Assembly (NCBI GenBank): GCA_964016885.1
Contig: OZ024748.1
Location: forward strand, 55,676,001-55,740,000
Direction: 5' to 3'
DNA: 64,000 nt
Origin: Eledone cirrhosa
Taxonomy: Eukaryota
The first letter of the stretch is position 1. Every line of letters begins with the position of its first letter. The notes beneath the pieces were generated by a model. The model had not been told where the DNA came from and searched no databases. It worked only from the letters and a program-made list of their open reading frames with translations. The position numbers and the translations under genes are program-made. This document shows, piece after piece, positions 44,610-57,309 of the stretch.

Positions 44610-46419
44610 GATGTGTATGTGTGTGAATATATACCCACACTGCACCTGCATACACACACGCACACTGCGCCTTCATACATGCACACACACACACCCACAC
44701 ACACACACACACTCTCTCTCTCTTTTGTATGTTCATGTTAGCGTGCGCGTGTGTTTTTTGAGGTATGTTTATATGCATATATTGTCAAATACTTATAGTA
44801 TACTCTGTAATATATCACATTTAGACAATTTACGACTAATATATTACAAAGAATCATTTCTGAACGTTTATGTTGGTGATTATACACCATAAACCAATAG
44901 TATTAATTAGAAAAAAATGTTATAGTCGACATTTTGTATTGCAAACCATAAAGTACGTCATGCTGCATCCTTAATTAATGCGCTGTGTTATATTTCTGTT
45001 GATATACATTATACAAATCTGTGTTGAACATTAATGCGATATAGTTTGCAGTTTGTGGCTTCAGTTTCGTAATCAACGAAGAGAACTGAATGTTCAACTG
45101 AGTACTTTGAAAACTTAAGGCGTGTTTTTCGGGCCGTTTCGTGCGAGAATGTTGATGTTTTCTCTATCATTCGAGGTATTTCGATAACATTTTTATGTTG
45201 GATATAGAATTCTAAATTACTTTTTATAGTAAAATATCATAGAGTGCTATTACTGCTTTGTTGTGAATACGGACAAAAGCCTAGAATCAACTTATCAAGC
45301 GATGAATATGTTGCGTAAGGAATCTACTGAGTGAACGTTTGTATATAATGTCAATCCCTTCATTCGTCTTAATGGGACCCTATTTAACAGAGAGAGACCT
45401 GATCGAATCCACCTAACTGGAGGTCTGAAACATTCGATCGGATCTCGCCTAAAATTCACAGCGTTGCACATGCTAAAATCACTGAGGTTTTTCCCCCGGG
45501 ATATTTATCCAATTGTTGTTAACTGTGTAAGATTCGAAGGTAAATGCACGGGTCAAATGAACACAGTACTCTGCATCTTAAAGGAGTTGGACCAGATACC
45601 GATTAGCTGGATGTCTTGAAGTTGTGGTTATCATATAAAAGTATTCGATTCGCGAGTTCATGTTCAAAAGTATTATTGTGCAATACAACTGCAATATGGA
45701 AAGTATTGACAAAACAATATCAAATTCGAGTATCAAACATCGTTAGTTTCTGTGCTACACAAATGAACAAACGCACTACTAAATATAAATACATGTAGAT
45801 ACTAACTACACGGATGATCTTGTTATATCAGCAATACTATTACGAGATTTTGTTATACCATTATCAATATTACGAGAACATTTTATAAAAAGAAAGCTTC
45901 GAGCCATAACATATATTTTAAGAAAACACGATAGATGGAAATATAAAGAATATAAGAATATCTCCAAAAACATGTAATAAGTATATTTGATAATCAAATA
46001 TGCATATATACATACACATATACACGCATACATTTACAAACACAAACATATATATATATATATACTTATATATATGGAATTCAAGAGTTAATAAAAAGTC
46101 ATTGAAAACTGTACACTACACAAATAGTCTCATACATATCTCTCCCTCCCTGGAGAGTATACTATATATACATAATATATATTCTCCCAAAATACCATCC
46201 AAAATTCGAACGGAAAATTATTGAAAAACAGTTTCAATTAGCCAACAATGTCACACGATTTTCAATAAGGAATATTGTTAAATTATTGTAATACATTTTA
46301 AAATATGGAGGCGTTACTAATGACTTAGCAAATGTTACAAGATTGCTGTATGAAATCGATTACAGCTGACCAATGAGAAAACAAGTTACTGTCTAGCATA
46401 AAGTCGGTAAAACCGACAC

Positions 46420-46572
46420 CAATGTATCACTGGTGCTTTATTTTATCGACCCCCGTAAGGATAAAAGGCAAAGCTAGCCTCGGCAGAATCTGAACTCAGA
46501 ATTGACAGGGCCGTAACTACAAAAAACAAAGCATGTTGTTCGGCGGTCTACCGACACTGCTTATCCAACAAC
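46420..46572 (-). mobile_element. Diverged partial SINE family 1 copy
   Basis: Core and B-box match. Confidence 0.8.
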
Positions 46573-47276
46573 CTGTACTAATAACGTCCTAATAATGACA
46601 CCATGCATTAATAATGATAACCTTTACATAAATATCAATAACATAAATAATATTAATGACAATTCTGAGTAAAATTTTAATCCTTTAAAGTTTATGATTG
46701 CGGAGTTTCTACGACGTGGCTTGATGGGGAAAATTTTCTTGAAGAAACTTTGAAAACTTTTATAATGATAGGAATGGAAGACATCATAAACAAATCAAAA
46801 AAAAGAAACATAGCAAAAAAAAAAAGACAAGAATGAAATAAATAAACAAATGTGCACACCCCTACCACAAAAATAAAGATATTAATGAATATAATAACAT
46901 GAATAATAATAATAATAATAATAATATGAATGATGATGATGATGATGGTAATAATAATAATGAAATTCAACATACATATATTAAAATGGAAACAATATAA
47001 ATGCAATATTAATAAAAATGATAATAATAATAACGATGATGATGGTAAAAGGGATAATGATAATAAAATAATGGCAAATAGGAAAAAGAAAATCATGCAG
47101 AAAATGAGAGTAATGATAATAGAAATTAAGTGAAATGCTACAGTCTTCATAAATGAGAAAGTGAATTGCACACAGCGCTGATTGTTAAATATTTCTTAGT
47201 GGCTTACAGCAATCTTCATCAACACTTTTAAATGATCGTACTGTTTAATGAGTTACCTATATATATATACATACAA

Positions 47277-47334
<58 letters not shown>

Positions 47335-48016
47335 GGGGGGGGGTATGTGTTATGCACAATATTATGTGCATTCTTAAGAATGTACGTATGTAGATAGCTA
47401 TACATACATACATGTATACATACGTGTGTGTATATATATATATGTATATATATGTATATATGTATATATATATATGTATATATATATATATGTATATATG
47501 TGTGGATATATATATAGTGTGTGAGAGTATATATAATGAATATATATATAGTGTATATATATATATATAATGAATATATATATATATGTGTGTGTGTGTA
47601 TATATATAAAGTGTGTGTGAGAGTATATATAATGAATATATATATATAGTGTATATATATATATATATATATAATGAATATATATATATAATTATATATA
47701 TATATAAAGAGAGAGAGATACAGACAGACAGAGTGCGGAAGAATGGAAGAAAGAAGTTCACGAAGACAAACGGAAAGAGAAAGAGTGGTTGTGGGTGTAT
47801 AATGTAGATATCAATGTGAATTTTATCATGTGCTCATCAAAGCTAGTTTAATAATTAGTGCATCAACCCGATTGTCAAATTTGCTGAGTGTAAAATTTTC
47901 TTAATTGATTTCCTTGCCCAAATCATAAGAATTGATATACGCGATGCTTTACTTATTCTCAATACACGCTGCAAGCATTATATATATATATATATACGTC
48001 TGTGTGTACATAGATA

Positions 48017-48072
<56 letters not shown>

Positions 48073-48566
48073 GATATGTGTGCCAATTTAAACTTCACTA
48101 AATAGTTTTTAAGAACGTGGTTTACAAAGATTCATTAATTCCTGAATACATATGTAAATGTATACTGATGTGTCATCGTTCTAGTGTGAGTGGGTAGCAT
48201 TACGTGCAGATGTGTGCGTTTGTTTAATTTTTTGAGTGCATCAAAGTAATAAGAAATGACATATTTGTAGATATTCACAAACATTACGTTAAAATAACCA
48301 GCTATCCTGAACCTCTACATATAGTACAACATTATAGTCGAAGATAATGTTTTGCAAATAACAAAATACAGGATAAAATCATCCCCTAAATTATTTTAAA
48401 TGGTTCAACTCAGATGGTATTTGTATTGCAATGTATTCTTGCATTTTATACCATTATCTGTGTTAATATAATGTAATTTTTCTAGATTAGCTACAGGTAC
48501 TTTTCAACGAATTGAGGAATATCTTGCGATTCTTTCTTTAATTATTTTCACTAAACATTACATATA

Positions 48567-48746
48567 TGGATTGGCAGTATCGGTAGAGGGTCGGACGCCA
48601 TGCTTTGACGTATAGAGTTACGGCCCTTTCCATTCTGAGTTCAAATCCCGCTGAGGTTAACGTTGCCTTTCATCCTTACGGGGTCGATAAAATGAAGTAC
48701 CAGTAATGTACTGGATAATTGGTGGCCTTGTGCCAAAAGTAGAAAC

Positions 48747-48750
<4 letters not shown>
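48567..48750 (+). mobile_element. SINE family 1 copy
   Basis: Consensus match; tail runs into (TA)n. Confidence 0.94.
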
Positions 48751-48786
<36 letters not shown>

Positions 48787-48930
48787 TTACAGTTTGGGAG
48801 AGTCATGTTGCCAATAAGAAATACACGATCCAGTCACTTTCACTCCAATTTATTATAAATTAAACATTTTTTATTATAAATTCCCGGTTGGTTGGTTGGT
48901 TCCACAACCGCACGGTTGTGTTCATATATT

Positions 48931-48973
48931 GTCAAAGTTCTTTCGTCACACATTCTGTGACCTCTTTAGTGAC
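48931..48973 (-). ncRNA. Minimal type-I hammerhead-like motif (G5A core) within a ~315-bp insert (48786-49101) between (TA)n tracts
   Basis: Minus strand GTCA-CTAAAGA-gGTCACagaatgtGTGAC-GAAA-GaaC-TT-TGAC. Stem I (4 bp) and stem II (5 bp) are perfect. Confidence 0.65.
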
Positions 48974-49099
48974 TGGGGATTATTTTCTTTGTTTTGTGCA
49001 TCTCCCTTGTTCTGTCCTACGCCATCTTGCAAAATAAACCTCATCTGGTGATGCCATGAAATATCTTGCTTATCCTATGAACTTTTCAACCAACCCTCG

Positions 49100-49144
<45 letters not shown>

Positions 49145-49148
<4 letters not shown>

Positions 49149-49290
49149 AAAAGATGAAGTCGAAAATGCAACTGGAGTCTTATTAAAAAAAAAAAAATGT
49201 ATATTTATTTGGTTCCTTTACCGGTTTCGCAGTTCTTCTGCTTTTCAAAAGTAGAGTTGAGATGTAGTGTCTGTGGTTTTTCTCACATCT
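49145..49290 (-). mobile_element. Short HHR-bearing element, family C, with intact U3-A8 variant ribozyme at 49215-49252
   Basis: Minus strand CTT-TTGAAAA-GCAGaagaaCTGC-GAAA-CCGG-TA-AAG, then AATAAA; (TA)n on both sides. Confidence 0.82.
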
Positions 49291-49350
49291 GTATACATAT
49301 ATATATATATATATATATATAATCTTTTACCCTTTTACTTGTTCTCAGAC

Positions 49351-49518
49351 GTTCTTGTGATTAATTACATTTTATTATACATATTTTAGAGGTACGTGAA
49401 TCAGGTTCTACTGTATGTCCTCATCAGATAAAATATTTTATCTGATGAGGACGTACTGTTGAACGTGATTCACGTACCTCTGAAATATGTATAATAACAT
49501 TTAATTGATCACAAGAAC
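49351..49518. mobile_element. Loopless palindrome (~84-bp arms) of two back-to-back HHRs, family A
   Basis: Centre AAAAT|ATTTT at 49434/49435. Plus HHR 49436-49499: TTTTAT-CTGATGA-GGAcGTAC...GTACcTCT-GAAA-TatgtA-TA-ATAA. The minus copy has GAAA>AAAA. Confidence 0.85.
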
Positions 49519-49554
49519 ATCTATTTTATTAATATTTCAATTTAATATTATATA

Positions 49555-49605
<51 letters not shown>

Positions 49606-49608
<3 letters not shown>

Positions 49609-50005
49609 GGAGGTGAGTTTTATTGTAGCACAATATCGCATAAGTAGCACTCCACAGTTTATAGGACTGGAGTATAAATAATATAAGATCAAAGATGGTT
49701 AAAAGAGTTCCATGTATTTTATTATGCGGATTTCAAAAACAAATATCATCATGGGATGATATTTGCGTTCTCATCAGATAAAATAGGGAGACATGATATG
49801 AAGCTTAAAAAACACTTGCGAGCAGTGAAGTGTTAAATCAACATAATGTTGATTTAACACGTCACTGCTCGCAAGTGTTTTTTAAGCTTCATATCATGTC
49901 TCCCTATTTTATCTGATGAGAACGCAAATATCATCCCATGATGATATTTGTTTTTGAAATCCGCATAATAAAATACATGGAACTCTTTTAACTATCTTTT
50001 GACCT

Positions 50006-50012
<7 letters not shown>
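49606..50012. mobile_element. Palindromic HHR element, family A (~165-bp arms 49679-50012, left tail 49606-49678)
   Basis: Centre at 49845, near-identical arms, (TA)n on both sides. Confidence 0.88.
49905..49975 (+). ncRNA. Type-I hammerhead ribozyme (mirror copy at 49715-49785, minus)
   Basis: Stem I TATTTTAT/ATAAAATA (8 bp), core CTGATGA, stem II with 11 perfect bp CAAATATCATC-ccat-GATGATATTTG, GAAA, minimal stem III T-ccgc-A, cleavage triplet AUA. Confidence 0.85.
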
Positions 50013-50043
<31 letters not shown>

Positions 50044-50669
50044 TTAAAAAAAAGTAAAAGATTAACTTCACTTGCAGGTCTAAACAATTTGATTTAATTT
50101 TATAATATTATGATTAGGTAGATCTAATAAGCTCTTTGTTAGGTTCGGTGGGAAGATTTTTAAAGATTACTGGTTAACTTTCATGGGGAACTTTCTCGCA
50201 TTCGTCGGTGACGATTGTCAAACAGAGATCTACCAAATCATAATATTCTAAAATTAAATCAAATTGTTTAGAACTACAAGTGAAGTCATTATTTTCTTTT
50301 TTTCAAATATACCTAACTGTACCAAGGATTTCGCACATTTTCATATATATATATATGTATATATATATGATGTGTGTGTGTGTGTATATGTGTGTATAAT
50401 GTTTTGTGTGGTTGTGTATGCCGGTGCATACTATCTTTCAAGTGAGTTACTTTATGCGCACGACCGAGTGTGTGTAGATAATTATATGAATGTACACAAA
50501 TATTTTTCTAAGACAAAGAATGTCACACTGAACAATTATTTCTTGTTATACTGAGCATATTATTACATTTATCCCCAGAGTACATAAATAAAAATACGCA
50601 ATGATATTAATCTTTACATATGCATATTTGCATAACAAACTCACGCACGCACACAGCTACATACATACA

Positions 50670-50748
<79 letters not shown>

Positions 50749-51094
50749 TTTTCACATATCGTACATGGTTAAAACATACACATGCAAGCAAGCTTTCTGA
50801 TTGATCTTATTGAAAATACATGTGGGATTTCTTTGTTTAGACGTTTCCAAACGAGTTAGTTTCACAAGTTTCTTTTGTTTTTTAACCTTTTTACTGGTAA
50901 GGTCTTCACGTACAATGCTGGTTGCGGACATTTTAAAGCATTTGACTACATACAATTGAAAACAACGATAAAAGAACACAGGGAAAACGAAATATCTGGA
51001 CCAATAGTAAAAGGAAAATAAGTTTCCGAAATGAAATTCAAAATATTAAAACAAATGAAATATAAAAAGTTATATTAATAACAGTTTGTGATTT

Positions 51095-51644
51095 AATCAT
51101 AAGGCCAGCAATTTGGGTGGGAGGGGAAAATTGATTAAATCAATCCCAATGAATTACTGTTGCTTTATTCTATCGAGCCCGTAAAAATTAAAAGTCAGAA
51201 TGTAAACGGCAGTAACTCTATGCTGCTAAGCATGTTGTCTGATTGACTGCCAATATTACCAAACCACCAGGGCGGTGGATTGGCAGTATCGGTAGAGGGT
51301 CGGACGTCATGCTTTGACGTATAGAGTTACGGCCCTTTCCATTCTGAGTTCAAATCCCGCCGAGGTCAACTTTGCCTTTCATCCTTACGGGGTCGATAAA
51401 ATAAAGTAGCAGTAAAGTAACTGGGTCATTTCTGGCCTTGTGCCAAAAGTAGAAACAATATTACCAAACCACTGCGCTTTAATTTATTAATTGTTTCTAC
51501 TTTTGGCACAAGGCCAGCAATTATTCAGTACATTACTGGTACTTTATTTTATCGACCCCGTAAGGATGAAAGGCAAAGTTAACCTCGGCGGGATTTGAAC
51601 TCAGATCGTAAAAGGACGTAACTATGCTGGAAAGCATGTCCGAC
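51095..51644. mobile_element. SINE family 1 cluster: old minus copy (51095-51267) interrupted by a plus copy (51270-51459, 17-bp TSD), then a minus partial copy (51488-51644)
   Basis: TSD CAATATTACCAAACCAC at 51251-51267 and 51456-51472. Confidence 0.93.
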
Positions 51645-51869
51645 ACTTATTAATAGTAAGTATTATGACTTCGAATTTAGGCAGAAATAATGAAATCTGT
51701 GGCGGGGAGTGCAAAATATGTTTTATTAACTTCAGTATTTTACTTGTTCCTTTTTTTAATGAGACCTACGAATATTAAAGGCAGGTGACCTAGGTGAATA
51801 TGGTGTCCAAAAGTAACGAGACCCAACTAAATGCCGCGAAGCATTTTATCTGACGCTCTAACGATCCTG

Positions 51870-52210
51870 CTATATTGAAGATTCCGTTCGATCACGAATG
51901 ACCATGTGCTTTGCACATAGAAAGTTTCCCTTCGAGGCACAAGTCCGGCAGTGTTGTTTGAGGAATACCAGTAGTTGCCCATGCATACCAGATTCCCATC
52001 ACCATGCCACCGATGATCTCCAAGGGAAAGGTTATGGCTGATTCTTCTTGGCACCAGTGACGTCGCAAATCATTCCTACAGCTGAGTAAACTGGACCAAC
52101 GTGAAATTAAGTGTCTTGCTTAAGGTCACAACGCATCACCCTGTCCGAGAATCGAAGTCACAACCTTTCGATTGCAAGCCCAATGCGCTAACCACTAACC
52201 CATGCGCCTC
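51870..52210 (-). mobile_element. SINE family 2 (tRNA-like head, longer body)
   Basis: Reverse complement begins AGGCGCATGGGTTAGTGGTTAGCGC...TTCGATTCTCGG (A/B-box-like) and is similar to 59172-59300. Confidence 0.75.
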
Positions 52211-52231
52211 TACCCTGTTATATATATCAAT

Positions 52232-53029
52232 AATGGTTTCTTATATAGTCATAAGGCCAGCAATTTCGGAGGAGGGAGAAGTCGATTAAATCGACCCAGT
52301 GTGTGACTGGTACTTTATTTTATCGACGCTGTAAGGATGAAAGGCAACATTGACCCCGGCGGGATTTAAACTTATATCATAAAGGGCCGTTACTCTATGC
52401 TGCAGAGCAAGGCGTCCGACCCTCCACCGATACTGCCAATCCACCGGCCTATATGATAATAATTGTTTCTACTTTTGGCACAAGGCCAGCAATTACCGAG
52501 TACATTATTGGTACTTTGCTTTTCATCCTTACGGGGTCGATAAAATAAAGTTAACTTCGGTGGGATTTGAACTCAGACCGTAAAGAGACGTATCTATGCT
52601 AGAAAGCATGGCGTCCAACCCTCTATCGATACTGCCACAATAAAATCTTAACACTGATGATATTAACCAGGATTCTGCAGCTAGTGAAACTTGCTGCTGC
52701 TGCTGCTGCAGATGTGAATAATATTTTAAAATAAAACGAAAAGTGTAAAGATGATATTGACGATGGTACTGCTGCTTTTGGGGCTGCTGCTACTGGTGTT
52801 GTTGCTGTTGTTGCTGATATGAAGATATCGATAATAATTGTTTCTACTTTTGGCACAAGGCTAGCAATTATCCCAGTGCATGCTTGGTCCTTTATTTTAT
52901 CGATCACGTAAGGATGAAAGGCAAAGTTAACCTCGGCGAGATTCGAACTTAGACCGCAAAGGGTCGTAACTCTATGCTGAAATGCATGGCGTCCGAACCT
53001 CTCCCAATCCACCACTCTTTGCCAATCCA
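52232..53029 (-). mobile_element. Three SINE family 1 copies (52232-52449, 52458-52637 with inverted core, 52833-53029 with 12-bp TSD)
   Basis: Consensus match. TSD ATCGATAATAAT at 52827-52838 and 53029-53040. Confidence 0.92.
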
Positions 53030-53475
53030 TCGATAATAATATTAATGAAGCTTTACCTTCGATCCAGTCCTAAATTTCTTGTCACTTTATAAGTTAACAC
53101 GCACACAAAAAATAAAAATAGAAATAAAAATAAAAATTTAAAGAATTGCAACTTAGAATCTAATACGATCTTGATGCCGTCCCCGACCCTAACAAATCCA
53201 CTTGATCATTATAATTGCAATACACACCATAAAGTCATTGGAATGGCGTATTGGTGTGAACTCATTACAAAATATACAACTAACGTCTTGGGACATTACA
53301 AAGATTATACGTCGGCATAATTTATGATGAAATACGGAAATCTTGCAGAAAATGTTCAGTTCTCCTAGGAATATGGAGCATTTCGACTTTTAAAGAATTG
53401 TTTTCTTTTGTTTTGTGTGTTCTATTTTTAACTACCTCTGAATTTTTGTTGTATGTACGTACGTGTGTGTGTATA

Positions 53476-53519
<44 letters not shown>

Positions 53520-53568
53520 TACTTATATGACAATATATACATACATATATTCACACACACACACACAC

Positions 53569-53626
<58 letters not shown>

Positions 53627-54353
53627 TGCGACACATTTTTGTGGTTAACTTTTTGATTTTCATATTTCCAATCACATATTCTTCAACGTCTCGCCAGTCT
53701 GCTTCCCTCTCTCCTCTCCACCCTACCTCATTACTTTATATCATTGTCTTATATAGGAGTCTTCTTTGTTTGTCTTCTTCTGCTTCTTGTTCTTTTAAAC
53801 ACCAAATAACATTCGCTGGTTACGCAGCAGTCTCCGAGTCAGAAAATCTAAATGTAAATGATATCAGAGCTGCCTGAAGCAGGAGTTGAAAATAAGAATG
53901 AATTTATATATATATATATACGTGAAACTGGAAGAAAACAAACAAAAAATGTTAAAATGAACAAGTGAATAGAATGAAAGAAGTATAAATTAAATATATA
54001 TTAAGAAAACGCTCTTAGAAATACACAAATAAGTAGTATTATGTTATATTGCGGTATCATTGAAATTTGCAGGCTAAGCTGAAATTAAGTAACAAATTGT
54101 CAGCTAATATCTTTAAATGTGCCGATTGCAATTGCTATATAACTTAATTTGTTCTCTAAATTAGGATTCATCTCCCACACCACCTTACTGTCTTTCTCTT
54201 CCTCTCTATATTCCCATTCTCTCATTTTGGGGCTCTTTTCTGTCTAATGTTTCATTTATCCTCTTTGGCACGCTTCGTCTTTTGTTCGTTTTCGACTCGT
54301 CTTTTCTTTCCTCTACGTCAAACTATTCGTACTCTACGGCACTCTCTTGGTCG

Positions 54354-54488
54354 TCTACGTCACTGTCTCCGTCCTCTACGTCACTGTCTCCGTCCTCTAC
54401 GTCACTGTCTCCGTCCTCTACGTCACTGTCTCCGTCCTCTACGTCACTGTTTCCATCCTCCACGTCACTGTCTCCGTCCTCTACGTCG
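54354..54488. repeat. 21-bp tandem repeat (CTACGTCACTGTCTCCGTCCT) x~6
   Basis: Seen directly. Confidence 0.95.
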
Positions 54489-54819
54489 CCCTATTTGTCT
54501 TCATCATCTGCGTCACCCCGTTCTCGCTGTTTTTATCTTTGTCCTCTAAGTCACCGTCTTCACTTTTCTTTTTCTTTTTCTTTTTCTTTTTCTTTTTCTT
54601 TCTTCTTGTTTTCTTCTTTCACCTTCTTTCTTCGTCGTCTTCTCTTTCGACTTAAACTATCTTCCGCGACCTCACGATATACCTCATCATCATTGATGCC
54701 TTTATCGTCGTGTTAACCATCGCCATCATTAACATTGTCATCATCATCATCTTCAGCAGCAACTATAACTTCATTCTCAATAGATATGTTTAGATTTTGG
54801 ATAATTGTTGTCATTTTTA

Positions 54820-55090
54820 TCAATTTTTCTTCTTCAATTTTGCTTCTTCAATTTTTCTTCTTCAATTTTTCTTCTCCAACTTTTCTTCTTCAACTTTTCT
54901 TCTTTAATGTGTCTTCTTCAATTTTTCTTCTCCAATTCTTCTTTAATTTTTCTTCTTCAATTTTTCTTCAATTTGTCTTCTTCAATTTTTCTTCTTTAAT
55001 TTTTCTTTAATTTTTCTTTAATTTTTCTTCTTTAATTTTTCTTCTTTAATTTTTCTTCAATTTTTCTTCTTCAATTTTTCTTCTTTAATT
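54820..55090. repeat. (TTCTTCAATTT)-type pyrimidine-rich minisatellite
   Basis: Seen directly. Confidence 0.88.
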
Positions 55091-55409
55091 GTATTTGATG
55101 CTATCAATGCGAAACATACCGTATTACGTACACACACGGACAGCTACACCCAAACTAATCCCATTCACAAACACATTAATAACAGATGGATAGACTGATA
55201 CTATGGCAAACAACCCAAATCACTGGAACGTGCCATTGGACTGCGTCGAGAAAATATATTTGTTTTTAAAATTCACTGTTTATTAAAATCGTACGTATTT
55301 GCAAGACGAGTTTTCATATCCAGAATACTTTCTCCCTACTTCTGTTTACAGATGACCTCCTTTTGTCTGAAACGTAAGAGTTACTTCTCCAAATATAGTT
55401 ACTGTTATA

Positions 55410-55630
55410 ATAATGGTTCCTTATATAGGAACAAGGCCAGCAATTTTGGAGGAGGGGAAAGCCGATTAATTCGACCCCAGTGCGTGACTGGTACTTTATT
55501 TTATCGACCCCGTAAGGATGAAAGGCAAAGTTAACCTCGGCGGTATTTGAACTTGGATCATAAAGGGCTGTAACTCTATGCTCCAAAGCATGGCATCCGA
55601 CCCTCTACCGATACTGCCATTCCACCACCT
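55410..55630 (-). mobile_element. SINE family 1, long-3' type, with 13-bp TSD
   Basis: AGTTACTGTTATA at 55397-55409 and 55633-55645. Confidence 0.94.
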
Positions 55631-57309
55631 TCAGTTACTGTTATATTAATAAACCATTAATGTGCTGTGCTGTTCACTTTAGGGTTTATTAAATGTTGAC
55701 CTACATATATAGGTGTGCTGTGTGAATATCTTCAGAGATTTATAACAATATAGAGGAACTTAATAAGAAAAAATATTTCGGGGCATAAAAATTAAATGCA
55801 CTTTTGTATCTGGACATGTCATTTTCCTGGAAACTGGTTCACTTAATATAGATTGTTTTATTAAATATACATGTGACATTACAATTCCATGACGCTTCAG
55901 AAAAAATTAGGAAAATTATCTGCTGAAGCAGTATATATATGTCTTTGTATACTCTCTCTTAGTGCCATATATATTTATATCTGAAGGTCAAGCAGTTTTA
56001 CTCCAAAGATTTATACGCATAAATTTGAAAGTAGACGAATTAAATTTAAAATAAATAATGTTAAACCAACGGCGTGTCACCTGTAATATATTATAGTTGT
56101 TTCTGCAATATGTTGGGAGAGGCGACATCTTTGGCTGCTGAGAGCAAATTAATCAATTGAAAGACTGAAATTTCTCTAGGCTATTAACCATGTTTGATTA
56201 TTCTGGTGGAAATTCTGTGATATATAAGATCCGTAGTGTTTTTTCTTTTTGCAAATGCAATATATCGTAATGATTTAATAAAATTGTTGTATTCGATAAT
56301 CAAACCTAATCGCAGCTTTTATACACACCACAGTGTGTTTGACATACCATGCTAGAGTAGTTGATAGAGACATCTATGAATATATATTCTCCTAATAACT
56401 GATGGAGTCGTAGAGGTGCCTTAATAATATACTGCTTATCTCGGCTAATTTATATTTGTTAGAGACCGACCCTCTCCAGGACTGAACAAGGTCGATTTTT
56501 TTCCAGTGAAAGGGGAGGCGTCTTTGTTGCATATATCACCTAACTTTTAAGAATATATTTAACAATAATAAGTTTTCCATTCCATTTCACTGTATAGCGT
56601 TATATTCAAGCGTCTAAAACTTTAAACACGAGTAATCCAAGAAACTGTGTAGGAAAATTAATTGATAGAAACTTTGGGAAATGAAGACCCTTCAGTACCA
56701 ACATATATTTCATCTTAACAGCATTTCATAACACAATCTTTACACTTACTTGATATGAGAATAACATCCATAGTAAATGTGTTTGAGGAATATTAAGCCA
56801 TTTCCTATATCAGTAGAGTGTCCTGATAATCGGGAAACTAGAATATTCATCTTCGAAACCAACGCAAGATAGATATGTTTTCCCATTAGAAATAAATATT
56901 ATGCAAAATTCTGACAACATAATGTATCAGGCAAATATTCAACAAAAGCACGGCTACTTAGAATCTAATTACTAATGAATCATTACTAATGATATAAGTA
57001 GCGCTTATGCTTGAGTTATTTGTGAAATTGCTTACTTCAGTAAAAAACACCAATACTAATATGCAATGGTTTTAATCATATTATTTAAATTAGATTACCA
57101 CCTAAGCTAATATTAAACCATAGTAAATTTGCTTTTAACAGCTTTGTGGTCAACTATGACGCTCTGCAATCAGTTGGCTTCACGTTCAGTCCCGCTGTAT
57201 GGCACCTTGAACCAGGTACCTCTACTATACACGCAAGGTATACTCTTTGAGAGCAAGCAACTCCAGGGAAGGAATATGCAAATGTCCGACGTGTATATAT
57301 ATATATATA

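Noticed and set aside
54247-54716. Ser-rich / RHCLRPL repeat ORFs
   Set aside because: The 21-bp tandem repeat is open in all three frames; no supporting splice or homology evidence.
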